DNA of 64,000 bases from Macrostomum lignano (GCA_002269645.1 NIVC01000105.1:721992-785991), one strand, 5' to 3'; counted from the stretch's first letter, positions 24,009-38,903 are shown. The notes: a model not told the origin generated them from the sequence alone. Translations and numbers: made by a program.

Positions 24009-24242
24009 GAATTTATCGTCTCTTTGGACTGCAAAGGCGGATTCAAGTTTCTGAGGCACACGTTGTGCAGTCTAAGCTTTCTGCTGTGCCTCAAAAGGAC
24101 TCTGAATATTATGCATGTACAGTCCTGAATACACTTCGGTACATCTTTGTGACATTATTTTTTGTTATTTGACTTTTAGTCTGTTGCAACTGCACAAATT
24201 GAATTCACTTGAATTCTTAGCTTTGTATGCTTAAATTTTCAG

Positions 24243-25745
24243 ATGTTCTCCATAATCTAGTTTTATGAAGAGCCGGGTGAACCCACAGCCGTTGTTCCAT
24301 CTTCATGGGTTCGTGATGACCAGTCATTTTTCCCGCCAAAAAATCTTTACCGAAAGTTAGGCGAATTCTGCCGTGATCAAACACCACCGAATCCCGAATG
24401 GAAGCGCTACAAGACGAATACAGTCTTTTCCGATGGTAATAGAGAATGAATTATTTCTCATTTATTTATTTTTCAATTTTCTCATCCGCACTGAACTTTC
24501 TTATCTTTACCTCTTTTTGCAAGATAACATCGAAAAGCTGCGGCGGCTCGAAAAGAAGTTTTCGCAAAAAGGCACAATTAGCAGCGAAAGCGAAAGCGAA
24601 TTACGTGCTCGAAGCCGCTGCCCTTCTATTCGACTCTCAGAGGAGTACAGGTCGCCCGCTAAAAAGAAGCATCGTCAAAGCCCCCATCAATCTTCAGTTA
24701 AGTCACCCGCTGCCGCTTTAATGGTATCGACGTTAAGGGCGCTTTCAGAAGAGATAGAATCGGTTTGTAACATCTACTTTATAAAGTCCTGCGTTGTTTA
24801 AAAGATAATTTTGAAGTCCTATTTGACTTAATCAATGTCTTTAGCTATCAGCTTTGTCCCTGTTATATAGTGAAGTGCTTTATCATGTACGTTTGTTACT
24901 TAATAATTTTTCTATTCTCACAATGCCAAATCCACCCTTGTCTCTACTAAAACTTGCCAGTTTAATCCCGTGAGCTAGTATTTACAAAGTGCAATTTTTT
25001 TCTTAGCTATATTTAGTATAAGTTTTACTTTTAACTCCTAGGTCAACCAGATGAGCTCGCGCAACTCTAATGCTACAGAACTGCTCCAATGCTGCGACTC
25101 CAATGCTCAAATGACTTCTGTCATGGGGGGCAGTAGTAGTGCAGCTGGCAATGCTATTCGTCACGAAGTCGTGCCTCCAGAAACACAACATTCGAGAATG
25201 AGCTTGGGGTTCACTTCCGCTGATTTGGAGTCGTCTGAGGTCCGTCAAACGCCTTTACTGGATAGTGTAAGAACTCATACACGAAAGTGGCTCTGGTATA
25301 AAATTGCGTTTGGGCCATGCATAACAGCAATATTTTCAGATTAGCTAGGTAACTGGAAGTAGAGAAACTTCATTCTAATTTACATTGCGTTGCATTTTGG
25401 TGTGTGTGCTCATCTTTTAGCAGCAAACCGGAGCAATCGATTCTACTGGACCTAATGAAGCTGCTTGTTCTACCGAAGAGCTGCAGGCTAACGTTTTGGG
25501 CGGAAATTTAACCAACAATAATTCCTACCAGTGTGCCAATATACAACGTGAGTTCTTGTACTCGTATTTTGGTTTATGAATCTGAAGCTTAGCGAAAGTC
25601 TCCAACAAAATGCTTTTAAATATTGTTTCAGAGTGGTTTCGCAAACTGCTGTTTCGAATCAACGACATTGAGCGGAAGCAATCCAACATACACGATGTTT
25701 TGTCTCGTATTTTGGAAGCACACCTGACACTCGAATTGCGAAGAA
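24243..25745 (+). pseudogene. Spliced CMC accessory gene remnant (DUF4806-type N-terminus)
   Basis: MFSII*FYEE..AVVPSSWV....FFPP....P.PEWKRY, then GT-AG-bounded exons (DNIEKLRRLEKK...; WFRKLLFRINDIERKQ coiled coil). Premature stop in exon 1. Confidence 0.65.
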
Positions 25746-26057
25746 ATAATATCACAATTGCAATTTTATAATTTTATTGCAAACATAAGAAAATTGTTTT
25801 TCTTGGCAAAATTGCAAGGAAACTTTTTTCTTGCTATAATTACAATTGGCGTCATAATTTAATTGCGATTTTAGCAATTGAGTATCGTAATTAAATTACA
25901 TTTTGCACAAACGCGAGCGACAAAAATTATTTGAAGAAGCTTATTGTGATAAAGAATCGAGCTTCAGCATCCCGAGATTAACTTTCATGGAATGAGTTGA
26001 ACACTTTGATGTTGAAACATATACATGTATATACATGCACACTATAGCTTGTTTAAG

Positions 26058-28482
26058 CCCAGTGTGCAACGTTGCGTCGCAGAAACGTTACATTAAGTCA
26101 ACTTCTGTCACAGCAATTATTTACGTTGCTAACACGTCACCCGAACGTTACATAGGTTGCGAAAACATTTCGGCAATGACTTTCTTTACTTCCTACTTAT
26201 AGTAACGTCTTGCATAAAGCTATCTAACTAAAGAAAATTGTTGGGTGTCTAAAACTTTTATTAAAAATATTTTTAAGTGTAAGGTAAAATACTTTTTATG
26301 GCGTGATTTGCTCAATAAAATATTTATTACCGTACTTTATATATTGCTGAATCTATATTTGTTTTAAATTGTATTGATAAGAAATATTTCAAAAAGTGAT
26401 CGCTCTCATCGCAAGTTCGGACTAGGCAGGCAGGTTCGCTTTTATCAATTCACCATCTATTGTTGTTGCAAGCAGCAATGCCACTCCATGGCATCCGTAA
26501 ATCAATAGTTTTGCTTTCATGAATCAAGATGACATTTTGCACATTGCCAGAATAAAAATAGATATCTAGGTCTAGTAAATTAATCGACTTCCTTGGTACC
26601 CTTGGTTATGTCTTACCAGAAGTTGAAAATTTTAGTATGATTGCTTTTAAAATAAATCAGACTATTTAGTAATTTTAGTATTTATAGCATCTAACCTTCT
26701 ATATTTAAAACCAACTTACAGATTTTACTTTCTAATTCAAGGCCAACACTTAAATGTAGGCTATACTGTTATGTGCTTAAGAAATGTGAGCAGGCTCAGG
26801 TAGAAGGGACTAACCTTATGTAATTGTAAAATAAATAGCTATGCTTAAGCAATCAATAACTGTTTGTGTATTTTAGACTAAAATCTAGATGCAACCCATG
26901 GTAGGGTATATTAGAAAATATTATTGCTAGAATTTTATGCCTATTATTAATATTAGTATTATTGCAATTGCATTTCAATTTTAAGTTTATTTGTGTCTTA
27001 TTATATTCCTAGCCAAAATTAAACATAAGAGTGAAGACTTTATAAATAGGCTAGGCTTTTGAGAACTAAATAGTTTATAGTTAGTCATAGAGAGTAGCAG
27101 TAAAGAGTAGCCTAGCATTTTAAATTCTATTTTTTAAACTTTAGACTTTTATTTTAGACTTAAATTGTTTTTGACTTTTAAATCTTAGCCTAGTATCTAA
27201 TTATAATTAATTTTAGATAAAACTCTTGAACATTTTAACCAAATAGATTATTTATTTAAATGAAATAAAATTGTATTGCTATTTTTTTAATATATTAGTT
27301 AAACTTACAAAAGCAAAAAACATAAATTAAAATACTTTAGACCCTTTTTTAATAATAGTAGTATAAGTCAGCTTTATTAATTTTGAAGACTACACTAGTG
27401 ACTAAGTCTATTCAAGAAAAAGAAAGTCTATTCTAATTTATTTGTATATGCTAGGCTAATATTTACTGTTATTAGTATTTTATTAGAGATTTAGTATATT
27501 GTGATTTAATTTTATTAGCAATAAATGTATTGGCCTAATATTAAATTGTTTCATTATTAATAATTGTCTTACTTTATTTTTGGTTTTTCATTTCAGATAT
27601 CTACTTTAAGCTTCTTAGTGGTTGCTATCTAGAAGCTGCTACCTGGCTATCTGAAAGCCCTGGCAATCAATGAGTTCAAAAGACAACAGCAAGACGGACT
27701 GCCAGTTTTCTGGAGAGTGACAAAATGGACTTCGATATCATTTACCTTGGATTTATAGACTAGTTGCAAACAGGTAACCTTGGGCATATTGGAAATTTAT
27801 CTTTTTACAGTTATATTGCATTTAAAACTTTGTTTCTGCTTGTACACCCATTTGCTACAATTATTTTTTAAATAATTTCCTTTGTATTTATTAAATTATT
27901 TCTGCAAGAAATAAAAATATTTTGTCTTTGATTGTAACCATTTTAGGCAGCAAGTGCCACTTTATTTTTGTTAGAATTTTTGTTTTGTGTGTTAAAAAGT
28001 TTTTTATTCTCAAAAAAAAGAATTTTTTTGTGTAATTGTCCCTAATATAATGATTGAACAACCACCATTTGCATTTTTATTACATAACTGCTTGCAGTTG
28101 GCTTTGGTATATCTCGAAAAGCATTGGCCTTTTATAACCTAATGTTAGCCTTTCATTACTTTTATTGTTACAGCAATAAGTTTTGGAATGAAAAACGTTC
28201 CTTAGAAGCATTAAGCAGTTGTATGCAGATATTTACTTTGAATTGTATGCTGTAAACATAACTAAATGTATTAAAATATCTGCAAGTAAAAGCATCATGC
28301 AAAAAAGAGGGTATATGTACTAATAATATCAATACATCGTCGTGGATCAGTCGCATATGCGTTGCTGATCAGTTTTTTTGCGACGTTCCTGCGACTAGAA
28401 TGTAACGGTCATTTTCGACGTTGCGCGACTGTCGCGGAGTGACGGACTGGCGACGTTTCCGCGACGTATTTTGCATAAGGGG
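26058..28482. mobile_element. Putative degenerate non-autonomous element with CCC...GGG termini (CMC-like)
   Basis: Left end CCCAGTGTGCAACGTTGCGTCGCAGAAACGT versus right end (reverse complement) CCCCTTATGCAAAATACGTCGCGGAAACGT; CGAC/ACGT subterminal repeats. The 2-bp flanks AG/AA do not match. Confidence 0.45.
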
Positions 28483-31400
28483 AAGTACGGCGCGTGTATT
28501 TTCAAGCAGTAAAGCATTAAATTAGCCTGACTCGATCATTTTTTAATGCATAAGCTTCTTTTTATCAAGGTTTTTAGTTCAGGTGACATCAAATTAGAAA
28601 AGATAAAAATTTCGTTCTGCTCTTTTAACAATTGTCTTTGCTCGTTGTCTATGCAATGTAGCCATGCCTAAAATTTCTCTTCATAGCAATAATGCTATAA
28701 TTCTATTAAGAGAGCAGTATTATAGCAGTACTCCATATATGAAACGAATTTATCAGCCACTTCGTTATTAAATTTGTCATAAAAATCTAATTTGATTTAC
28801 GTGTTTTGTCAGTAAATAAGCGATTACACTCAAAACAATCTGATATATTTAACTGAATTGAGGCTATTTATGAAGTTTAGAAATGGTAAGCTTATCGCAT
28901 CAAAAGTTAATTTTTTATATTTATTTATCCGCGTGATGATTCCCAAATAATTTAAAATTCATTTTGCGTCTTTTTGGGCTTAATTGAAGTCCTCGTAGTT
29001 CATGGACCATATGGAACTTGCTGACTTACTGTCCGTTGTTTCTGTGCTGCAATCGAACTCTCGCAAAGAACAATCAATATTTTTCTGGATTCGCTAAAAA
29101 GTCGTTTAGCTACAATTCAGATATTTTTGCCTTTTAATTATTCATTATTGGCACCGTCCTGCATTAGCTAATTTAGAATGGAAGCAATAATCCATCGTGT
29201 TGTGTTGTGTCTGCTGTGTGGTGGTGGCTATAACAGGGAAACAGGCCTAGTAACTGATCTACATTAAGTTTTGTGACATTTTATGTGTCATTATAAATAA
29301 TCACTCTTAAGAATTAACAATTATTCAAATATTACTGGAGTTTCACTTTAACTTAGACTAAGTATTTGGAAAAGGGGCAAAGAAGGGAAGAAAAAGAAAT
29401 GATTTCAGTTTATTGGCCCAATTTAACCAGGGCAATAAGTATTAAGATTGTTAGGCCAACAATGTTACATTGACACCAATAACACATTAAGTAACTTATC
29501 CAAGGGGAATGATTATGATCAAGTATATGCCAATCGTTTTTGTACTATGTATGTAGTTTCAAACCTTTGTTAGCTACTTAATAAAACATGTGGTCTGCTT
29601 AACAGTTTTAAATATGCAAAGGGGCTATAGGCCAAATAGTTTGATAAAAAAGGAAATATTTATTGCATTTCCATTTTTATACCATTTTATTTATCCATGT
29701 TCCATTACTAATGTATTAATCAATAGGCATAGGCATATCTTATACTAAATTGGAATACAAATAATTTTGTAGTTAACTAAATGAATGCTCAAAAATTTTT
29801 AAATCCTTTGTTGCTTTTTTATTTCAAAATGGCCGGCTTTCGGCCAGCTACTAATTATTAGGCCTAGGTCAATTGCTAAGCATACATTATACTATTTCTT
29901 GACCAATGCAATTATACTTTTCTTTTAATTAGGCCTACAATTTAGAATAGCTTTTTGGCAATATTGCATTGTCTAATTGCATTGTCTAGCTAACTTCTTT
30001 ATTTTAGTTCTTTGTTTTTGTTCTAGGCCTAGCTGCTGCCTAGTAATGTTAACTTTTTTACCTGAGACTTGGTAGTACAAGTCATAAAGTATTTTTATAG
30101 CAACTGAATATACTTGACATGCAAATATTTTTTCTTTAGCATTAATGTTTACTTTTAACTTTCTAGGCATACCCCTAATGTAATGTTGAATTATGGTATG
30201 TTTTACTTTCAGATGCAATATAAACCTAGGTAATAATAATTATGCCCTAATTAATTTCATTTCTATTTATTGATGTAGAAAAACTTAGTTTTTATATCAG
30301 CCTAGGTTTCTACTTGAATGTTTTATATGATCTAATAGCATTTAAATTGTATCAATTATTTGGTGTTTAGAATTTAAAATTTATATTGGTTATTGTTTCA
30401 ATATACGAGTATATAGGCTGGCTTTAGCTTATATTGGTTGCCATAGGCAATAGGAATACAAAGTTAAATAAATCTCTATTCTATTTGCTTTTGTCAATTA
30501 CCAATCAAACATACCCTAGATACTTCCCTTGTTGTGGCCCTATGCTAAGTTTGTATGACCTTGGGATGCACAACAATGCCTTTAATGTTTGGAATGATAT
30601 ACAATAAAATTGTAATTGGGGAAAGCAAAATCTTATATGTATGTATATCCTTGATATGGTCTGCTTTGGCTCTTTGGATGAAAAATTATATAACTACTCA
30701 GAATGATTTCTGGTTTTTGCAATTCAAAAAATTTAACAGAAGTTGTATTCAGTCAAATCATACCTTTTCCAGTATGTCAACAAAACTAATAGAGTTCCTC
30801 CAAGCTCTTTCGTCCCTAAGGACAATTGATGAGGGTCTTGAAGACCAAAAAGATGACATTACAACCCACCAGTTGCCCGCCAGCATTGAAATTGTTGAGG
30901 TTGAGCATCTGAAAGAACTCATCCCCATCGAGGACTCAATTTCATTGAGTCTTTCTAAATTGCCAGCAGCATTGCCAAGTAGTTTCTTTAGTGAACATGG
31001 CACAATTACAATAATGTCTATGGCAATATTTTTTTGCTGCTAGTCTTGGCCTGCCTGAGTCGGGAACTGACTCAAGCCTTCAGGCTTTGGCTGTTGTTAC
31101 TATGGTTTACCATACTAACAACGCTTAAGTCAAAGATTAATTGTTTAAAGATGATTGAAAATTTTGCCATAGACAATTTATTTTATCTGTATTGTACTAA
31201 ACGTTCAATGCATGAAAAACATTAGGAATAGAAATCATATGAAAGCTACGCATTTTAACACATGCGCTAAAAATACATGGATGAACAAAACAAATAGCAT
31301 AAATGAACTAAATACGCATTTTAACACAAACTGTGCGTTAACAATCGTTAACAAATTGAGCGCGGAAAAACGCAGAATACGCATTTTTACATACATTTAA

Positions 31401-32264
31401 ATATTTGAGAGCATAGAAAAACGTAGAATATGCACTTTACACACACGTCACCAAATTGAGCACAGAGAAACAGAATACGCATTTAAGCACACATTTTAAC
31501 AAAACCAAGCATAGAAAAAAACATAGAATGCATTTTAAAATGTGTGTAGTGAGACAGTTTCGTTTGTCTACTTAAAAATCCACAAATGCTTTACCACGTT
31601 GGAACATCTGTTCTCGCGTAGATTTAGGAAGCGAATCGATTTCAATGCAATCCAGGTCGCCAACCGTCAGAGGAGCCTCATCTTATGTATTCGGTAGGGG
31701 TGTATCCAGAACCGAATGGTCATCCATCGTAGGATCTTCTAAGAAACGGATGAACTCCGTTAGGTCAGCGTCGCCAGCGTGGTCGGTTGCACTCAGCAGA
31801 GAAAGGAAATCCATTTCGCTTACTCCGTTAAGAGAATCAGTAGGCAGATTTTTCCAATTTATTAGATGCATTTTAGTGGTTGATGTTAAAGCAAGCAAGC
31901 TTGTATCAAGCCACAGTCCCCTGCATTTCTCTACTCTATATTCACTCGATAGTCTATGGTACAGTTGGAATCGCCCCATAGCGCTTCCTATGGCAGTGTC
32001 GATGTCGTTGTCGATGTTTCTGGCCAAAACCTGCGCAGTCTAGGACGTTTCTGATTCGCTGAGACATTGTTAAACAATCGGCATCAAACAACGCTTCAGC
32101 GTTAAACAATGCTTCTAGTCGAGTATGCTAAACGATAGTGACAATAAGTCTATACATACGGTACTAGAGGTAAACAATAAGCAAAATCACGAGTGGCGTA
32201 GCCACAAGTGATCTTTGCTTATTGTTAAACGATAGTAACGTATGTATAATCTCCCATTGCTAAT

Positions 32265-35050
32265 GTGTTGACAATTCCACTAACTATGAAACGAATCAAG
32301 TCTTCAATTCGTCGTGTTTTCAAGCCTGAGGATTTTGTTTCTGTGAAGGAAGTTTGCCTTAATCCTGCCTGCATGACTCCTAGTCCATCTGAGAGGTGCT
32401 GCAGAGAAATGACAAAAAAATTGCCCTTCTTGATTTCAATTTTCAACTGCACATCATCCTGTATTTACACCTAAATACTATTTTAGAGTATGCAGGCAGT
32501 GAGCATATAAAGAATTATATTCTCAAAGATCAGCATGGCTACATTGGAAAGCGATCAGAAAGTCAAATTGGCCCCCTTAAGCTTTTCTTTCATTTTTCAA
32601 CAGATGGTGCTAAGCTGTACTCTCATTCATCTCAATCAATTTGGCCTGTACAGTTGCAAATTCTTAACTTGCCACCTGCTTTGCGGTCTAGGGCTGAGAA
32701 CACTATTCTGTTAGGTGTGTCAATTTCCAACAATAAGCCAATCTGGACTGAGTTTCTTGAGCAATATCTGTCTGCAATCGGATTCAACCAGGTGCACAGT
32801 TTTGTTGTAATGTGGTAGCCCTAAGTTGTGCCTCCGTAAATTACGCATGCTATTTTCTTTTTATCAATATTTAGTTATGAAGTGAGTTTTCCTAAAATAC
32901 AAATACTCATTATTACATGTTATCATTTGTATAACTATGTTCGTATCTTTATAAAATTGACACTATTGTTATAATGTATCCGCCATTTTTATAAAGTTTT
33001 CTATATAAGCAAGAAAATATACGGTAGAAAATATAACTTGTGTTCGCTTGGTTTGCCACTTGGCTCCAATACTCCTATCCTGTTCTCGAGCATTAGATGA
33101 ACAGTTGTGCTAAAAATAGAATTTAGTATTCGTCAGCCTTCCTTCCTTTTTCAGAGGAGCGTACACTAGAGACGCACAGTTACTCTCCCTCCCTTTCCTC
33201 CCGTGAGCGCTTCCCCAGAAGAATCGGCCCTGCATCCCAACCCCTCCCCGCTCTTCCCCAGACATAGCGACTGTCAAGTCCCTGCTCGCCCCGACTAATT
33301 GTCCCTTAGTATTAGACGTTCTATTCCCGCTACTTAATTCTCAATGAAGCAACCTGCCCTCATGCCAGCATTCCCTACTAACCACTAGAATTCCCCATTA
33401 GCGCGCCAGGCAACTCTAATCCATCGCGAAGCCCTTACCTCCCCCATTTATATTTCCCTGGACTGAGTAGGAAATTGTGTCTTGCCGCTCGGACACACCA
33501 CGCCACCAGGAGCAACCTAAGGCTTACTCCTGTTAGTAGAATAAATTGCATTTTCCTCCCCAAATCCTGAGAAACGCTTGGAAAATCCCCAGTAACCCCG
33601 ACCCCTAAAACAAATTTGGTGTCAGCAATAAGGATCAACTAACCTCCCTCACGACCCCTATAACAGTAAAAAAATTATATTGTACAAGTGCAGTATGAGA
33701 TTTTTACTGCTGTATTTGATTTGCCTGCCATGGCAAGTATTTTGAATCACAAAAGTTTCAGTGGAGATTTTGGTTGCCTGTATTGTGACACTCTTGGTGA
33801 TGTCGTAAAAGTTGGCCACGGTCATTCAAGAAAATTTCCTAACTTAGTGTCCAATGATGTTTCTTCCCATGATTTTCGTCGTAGAGCTAATGCTGTTGCT
33901 CAGTCAGGATCTGCCTCATTGTTTGGAGTTATGTGTCGATCTGTGCTGTTAGACTATCTTGAAATTCCAAAAAAAGTTTTGCTTGATTCTCTATGTTTTC
34001 TGTACGAAAATGATTTTAAAGTATCTTTTTGACCCTCCACACTGGCAAAATGAGTATTATTTAGGCAGAAGCAAGGATTATTTTAATAAGCTGCTACGCA
34101 ATGCAAGGGTCCCTAGTTACCTATCGCAGCCTCAGAACATTGGTGAGCGTGCATTCTGGAAGGCACGCGATTTTAAATTTTTAGTTGTGCACTTTTTCCC
34201 TGTAATGGCTCTGTGTCTCTGTCAGCGAAAACGATTTCGGCAAGCTAATCTCATTGTAATTTTTTCTATTATCTGTCGTGTTGCAAACCATGCTGATGCT
34301 GCCAGCTTCTCTGGATCTTTAACTGTTCTGACTAACTTCTTTCTGTCTGAACTGTCTAATGTACGAGCGTATTCGATCAAAATATCATGACTATGAACTT
34401 TCATCTGCTTTTGCACCTTCCATCTCAAGTTCAGAAATTGGGACCCATGGCTAGAGGATCGATGTTTTCCCTTGAAAACAACTTTGTCAGCATTAAAAAG
34501 TACTGCCGAGGAACGCGCTTTCATCTCAAGCAGACTTGCGAAAAATCCCTGCTAAAAATGGTTTCCTATTTCTTTTTTAATCAGTCAATTCACTGGAAAG
34601 GCTGAGCTGTTGTCACCCTTGTGCAATGATCTACCAACTGATGTACAGGATGTCCAGTTTTTATCAAAGCATTGCATTTCGCGTGGTAGTCGAAAATTTT
34701 TTGCAGCTGGCTCAAGCAACAATGCGTCTTGTTATTACTATTTTCGCAATCAATCGTTTGGTAAGATCCTAGAATTTTTTCTCAGTGATGTCGGAATTGC
34801 TATGATGCGCGTGCAACTTTGCAAACCAGTGCCCGGTCCTATGTTTTCCTTGCGCAATGCAGATGAAGCTCTAGCAAATGCTGTGCCTTATTTCATTGAT
34901 CGGTTTTGTCTTTTTTGCATACCTTCCGAAAGTGTTTGTGTGTTTCCCGCTACTGAGATTTATTTTGCTTGTGCTGCATTCTCTGGTGCTCTTTCTGATG
35001 AAAATGTTCTGGTGCTGACTGTCGATGATATTGTGCCAGATTACGGATGA
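32265..35050 (+). pseudogene. CMC/EnSpm transposase pseudogene 2, split by a solo LTR
   Basis: FSTDGAKLYSHSSQSIWPVQLQILNLPPALR..ENTILLG..KP; FDLPAMASILNHKSFSGDFGCLYC; WKARDFK; TMNFHLLLHLPSQVQKLGP...SMFSLEN. Several frameshifts. Confidence 0.9.
32811..33665 (+). mobile_element. Solo LTR of a third family (855 bp)
   Basis: TGTGGTAG...TATAACA termini with perfect 4-bp TSD GTAA (32807-32810 and 33666-33669). Removing it rejoins the transposase. TTTATATTT (~33447) and AATAAA (~33541). Confidence 0.85.
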
Positions 35051-35606
35051 ATTCCGGACAATAAAGCCCACGTCATATTGAAATAACTTATTCGTTGCTT
35101 ACATGGTTCGTACAGTTATAGCAAATGTGTGGTAATCATATATCCGGTTATGCGAATTTATTCATAGAATTGTCCTATAGAATTGCTAGGGGGGGGGGCA
35201 GATATCCATAAGGACTGAGTCACTTTAAAAAGTTATGGATAGTACATAATACAGCATTTTATGGCGTGACGACTACTGGAACAATAAGTGCTTTCTACAT
35301 TTACTTATTAATTTTTATGCTGGAGCAGTACAGAATTAAGCTTTTTAATTTCTTTTATCCCAATTAGTATCTGGTAGCGAATGTCAATCAATAAAATAAC
35401 TTTTTTACCCTCAAATCCACTGGATTAGTTCGTTAATATTAATTTACTATAGAGAAATCACGTTTCTTATCTAATCAAATGTACATTCCTTTCTAGTACG
35501 GAGCAGGGGTATTTTCAGCCATATAGCTCGTATAAGCAGGTTTACTCGTAAACTCAGATATTTTCACAACTAAAATTTCCGCTCATTACAGCAACGAGTT
35601 TTCGCG

Positions 35607-36922
35607 ATGCTGCCATCAAAAAGAACCAAGAGAAAGGTGAACGACAAGTTTGTAGAATGCCCCTTTGATCACATTCTGCTGTGGTTCCGTAAGACTAATA
35701 GTCATAGCGGTGCCTTGTACATACACTCGGCGGCATTTTTGCATCTGGATCCTGGTGAGAAGGCACGACTGCAAGAGAATCAGAGTGTCCGTATTCGCTT
35801 CGCTGGCGGGTATCACGAGGCGTTAATTCTTAAACTCGGCAGTTTCGACGATGTCAAGAAAGCCGAGAAGCGTGTTGAGCACTTTGCTGAATCCGGAATG
35901 CAAACTGACACTATTCTAGCCGAATTGGGAAATGACTCCGTGTCCGCAGACCTGGACAGTGACGATGACAGCGTGGAAGACCCCAACTACCGGCCATCCC
36001 CGAGTCCTCTCCGACTACCATCGTCCCGGCTTCTACCGCTTCTGCTGTGGCATCTTCTGCGACTCTTGGTCTGGTCTCTGCTCCGACATCGGGTCCGGCC
36101 TCCGCTGTGCCTGTGCCTGTGACATCGGGGCCTGCCTCTGTTGGGACGTCTGGTCTGGTCTCTGTCTCTGCTGCGACATCTCGTGTGGCCTCTGCTGCGA
36201 ACGCCGGTTCTGCTCGAAATGCATCCTTGGCAAAGAGGGTTCTTCTGGAACGGCAGAAGGAGATGCACCTTTTAGGAGCTTATGCTTTTGAAAACGAATC
36301 GGAAGATGTTTCTCTTCCACGTACACCAACCTTAGCATCAGCAGCGCTAGAAAACCGTGCCACTCCTGTAACAGACAAAAGCCAGGGGCCGGCATTTAAC
36401 ATGCAGGGAACGCCCAGTGGCGGAGTTGAGAAAGCAGCTGGAGTTTCGTCCACTCATTTGCTCCTATTGGAGGCGCGCATCCAAACGAGTCTGCTTAGGC
36501 AACTTGTTAAACAGGGTGACGAGCAAAATTCTTTATTGAGAGATATTCTGGCACCTCGTGAAAGCCAGAACCGCAAAGATATGACGTTTAGAGGATGCGA
36601 CGGTGCTCCATTTTCTCTCTCTCAGCTTTCGTCTAACAATCCTACGACTTTTGCTCGGGAATTCGTCTTGCGGAAACACGGCGAGAACTATTGCTACAGC
36701 GCAATAATCGAGCCTAGCAAGGTTTCCAAGCGAATGACAATGGCCACGGAAGATTTGCAGCAAATTCACGAAGTCCTGAGCAATTGGTTCGGAACATACC
36801 AATGGAAAGCTGTTCGATCGTCCATCAATCAGATGTTTCGTGACCTGTCTACCAAGGCCAAAAAAAGTCCAGATAATTTAAGTTTGAGTTTGTGGGGTTG
36901 TGTGAAAGCAAATATTAACTGA
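35607..36922 (+). pseudogene. Transposon accessory protein with C-terminal BEN-like domain (one frameshift near 35990)
   Basis: N-terminal ..VRIRFAGGYHEALILKLG.., Ser/Ala/Pro linker, coiled coil, then NPTTFAREFVLR...DLQQIHEVL..W...WKAVRSSINQMFRD. Lies downstream of and co-oriented with the CMC transposase. Confidence 0.7.
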
Positions 36923-38364
36923 GCACTAATCATTGTGTTGTGCAATTAGTAAATGTCTTTAAAACGAGACTATTTTTTAAATTTCAAGCTCCTAGTTTTA
37001 ATAGAAATATAAAAAGGGCTGTTCAAAAGTAAGCTTTTGGATTAGAAAATGACTACTGGTTAAACAAAATAGGAAGCCTTCTGCTTTGTTGGTCAGTTTT
37101 TTTCAAATAAATTTCCTTTTGAGTAGTTAGTACTAAATGCTTAATGATAGTACTATAATAACTTTGATTTGCACAAGGACCACTAGAAGTTACCGTTGTA
37201 TCAGGACGCAACACTCGTAAATATTGCAAAATTATTTGAAGGCCCGCTTGTTTACGTGTATTTATCGTTAATTGCCTTCAAAAAAGCTTTCTACTCGACT
37301 GTTTTAAAGAAGCATGCGTTACATTTGAGCCCCAGAAGCGCTATATATTAGATGTACTTATAATTTTTAGGCTTTAATCTGCTAAATCTAGATATTATAA
37401 GTAATTATGTCATTAATTAAAAGCAACTTTGCAACTCGTTTTAAAATTTCTGAAGTTTTTATGCCCACAGCAGACATACTATAATTGGGCAAAGCTTGAG
37501 AAAAGGATCAGATGGGCTTCTAACTAATTTACTATCAACAAAAATATTATTTTTTACTTATAAGCTTAGCCTTTAGCTGTCATGACTAAGTTATAGCCCT
37601 ATCATACTAAAACTTTAACTGCTACTAGCCTAGGCCTAACATGATAAAATTATATTGTTACTGTTTTAAAATAGGCCTAGTTCACAATTAAATCTAGCTG
37701 ATTACTTACAGTGGTTACAGGACAACATTCTAATATATAGTTTAGATTGGTAAAGCATAATGTAATATAGTAGATAGAATCCTTGTTAGTTTTTTGCAAG
37801 AAAGTTTTATATAGAAGTTTATAAATTCCATATTAAACAATTTTCAATTAGTACAATTCCTTAAATGGCCATTAATTATTATATATATTATTATTTATAC
37901 TGGATTAGTTATATTATTTTACTAAGCTGAAGTTTTATGTTTAAAACTGAAGTCTAGCCATAGGGTAAAAGAATAATATTTTCACTATATATTAGCATGA
38001 CAAATAGAAAAAAACATTTTAGCCTAGGCTAAACTTGAAGACAAATATAGCTTTACACAGTAAGTATTATAGACAATATGTTTTTTGTTTATTTAGCAAC
38101 ATGGCTTGTAGTTTTTATAGATTTTGTTGTTAATACAATAATATTTTGAAGTCTAAGATATTTATTTCCTTACTTATTAAGACAGTTTTGTATAGTAGGA
38201 TATATACTATTGTTAGACTTATCTTAAAGGTATTGCCCTAACTATAGGCCTAGCTTTGTACTAAGATAAAACAAAGAGAGAAATTAGATTCCTTCCATGG
38301 TTGCGAATTGGCCAGAAAGATGACATTAGCAAAGCCAGATATAGAATCAAGATCATGACTGAGG

Positions 38365-38839
38365 GACGGATGAGAGTGGACAGGAGAAAGGGAGAGGGTA
38401 GAGATGAGGAGAAAGAAGAAAGATGAGATACGAGAGAAAGGAAAAAGTAGAGAAGAGAGTACAGATTAGAGAGTAGAGATTAGAAAGTAGAGAGAAGAGA
38501 GGAGATAAAAGAGGAGAAAGGAGAGAAGAAGAAAGTAAAGGGAAGAGAGAAGAGATAAGATTGTAGAAATGAGAGATGAAAGAAGAGATGAGATAAAGGA
38601 GAGTGGAGAGAAAAGAGAGGGAGAGTAGAGAAGGTAGAGAAGAGAAGAGAAAGGAAAGAAAGGAGTCAAAAGAGGGGAAAGAAAAGAGTACATAGGAGAG
38701 ATAGATATGAGAGAAGAAATGAGACAGGAAAGAGTAGATAGGAGAGAGAATCGAGAAGAGAGGAGAGAGGATCGAGAAGAGGGAGGAGTAGAAAGATGAT
38801 AGGAGAGAACAGAGACAGAAGAGTGGAGAAGAGGGAATT

Positions 38840-38903
<64 letters not shown>

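Noticed and set aside
30555-32027. Short ORFs (30555-31043, 31683-32027) and a TAGTG (CACTA-like) end at 31547-31551
   Set aside because: No recognisable domain, and no matching opposite TIR or TSD found.
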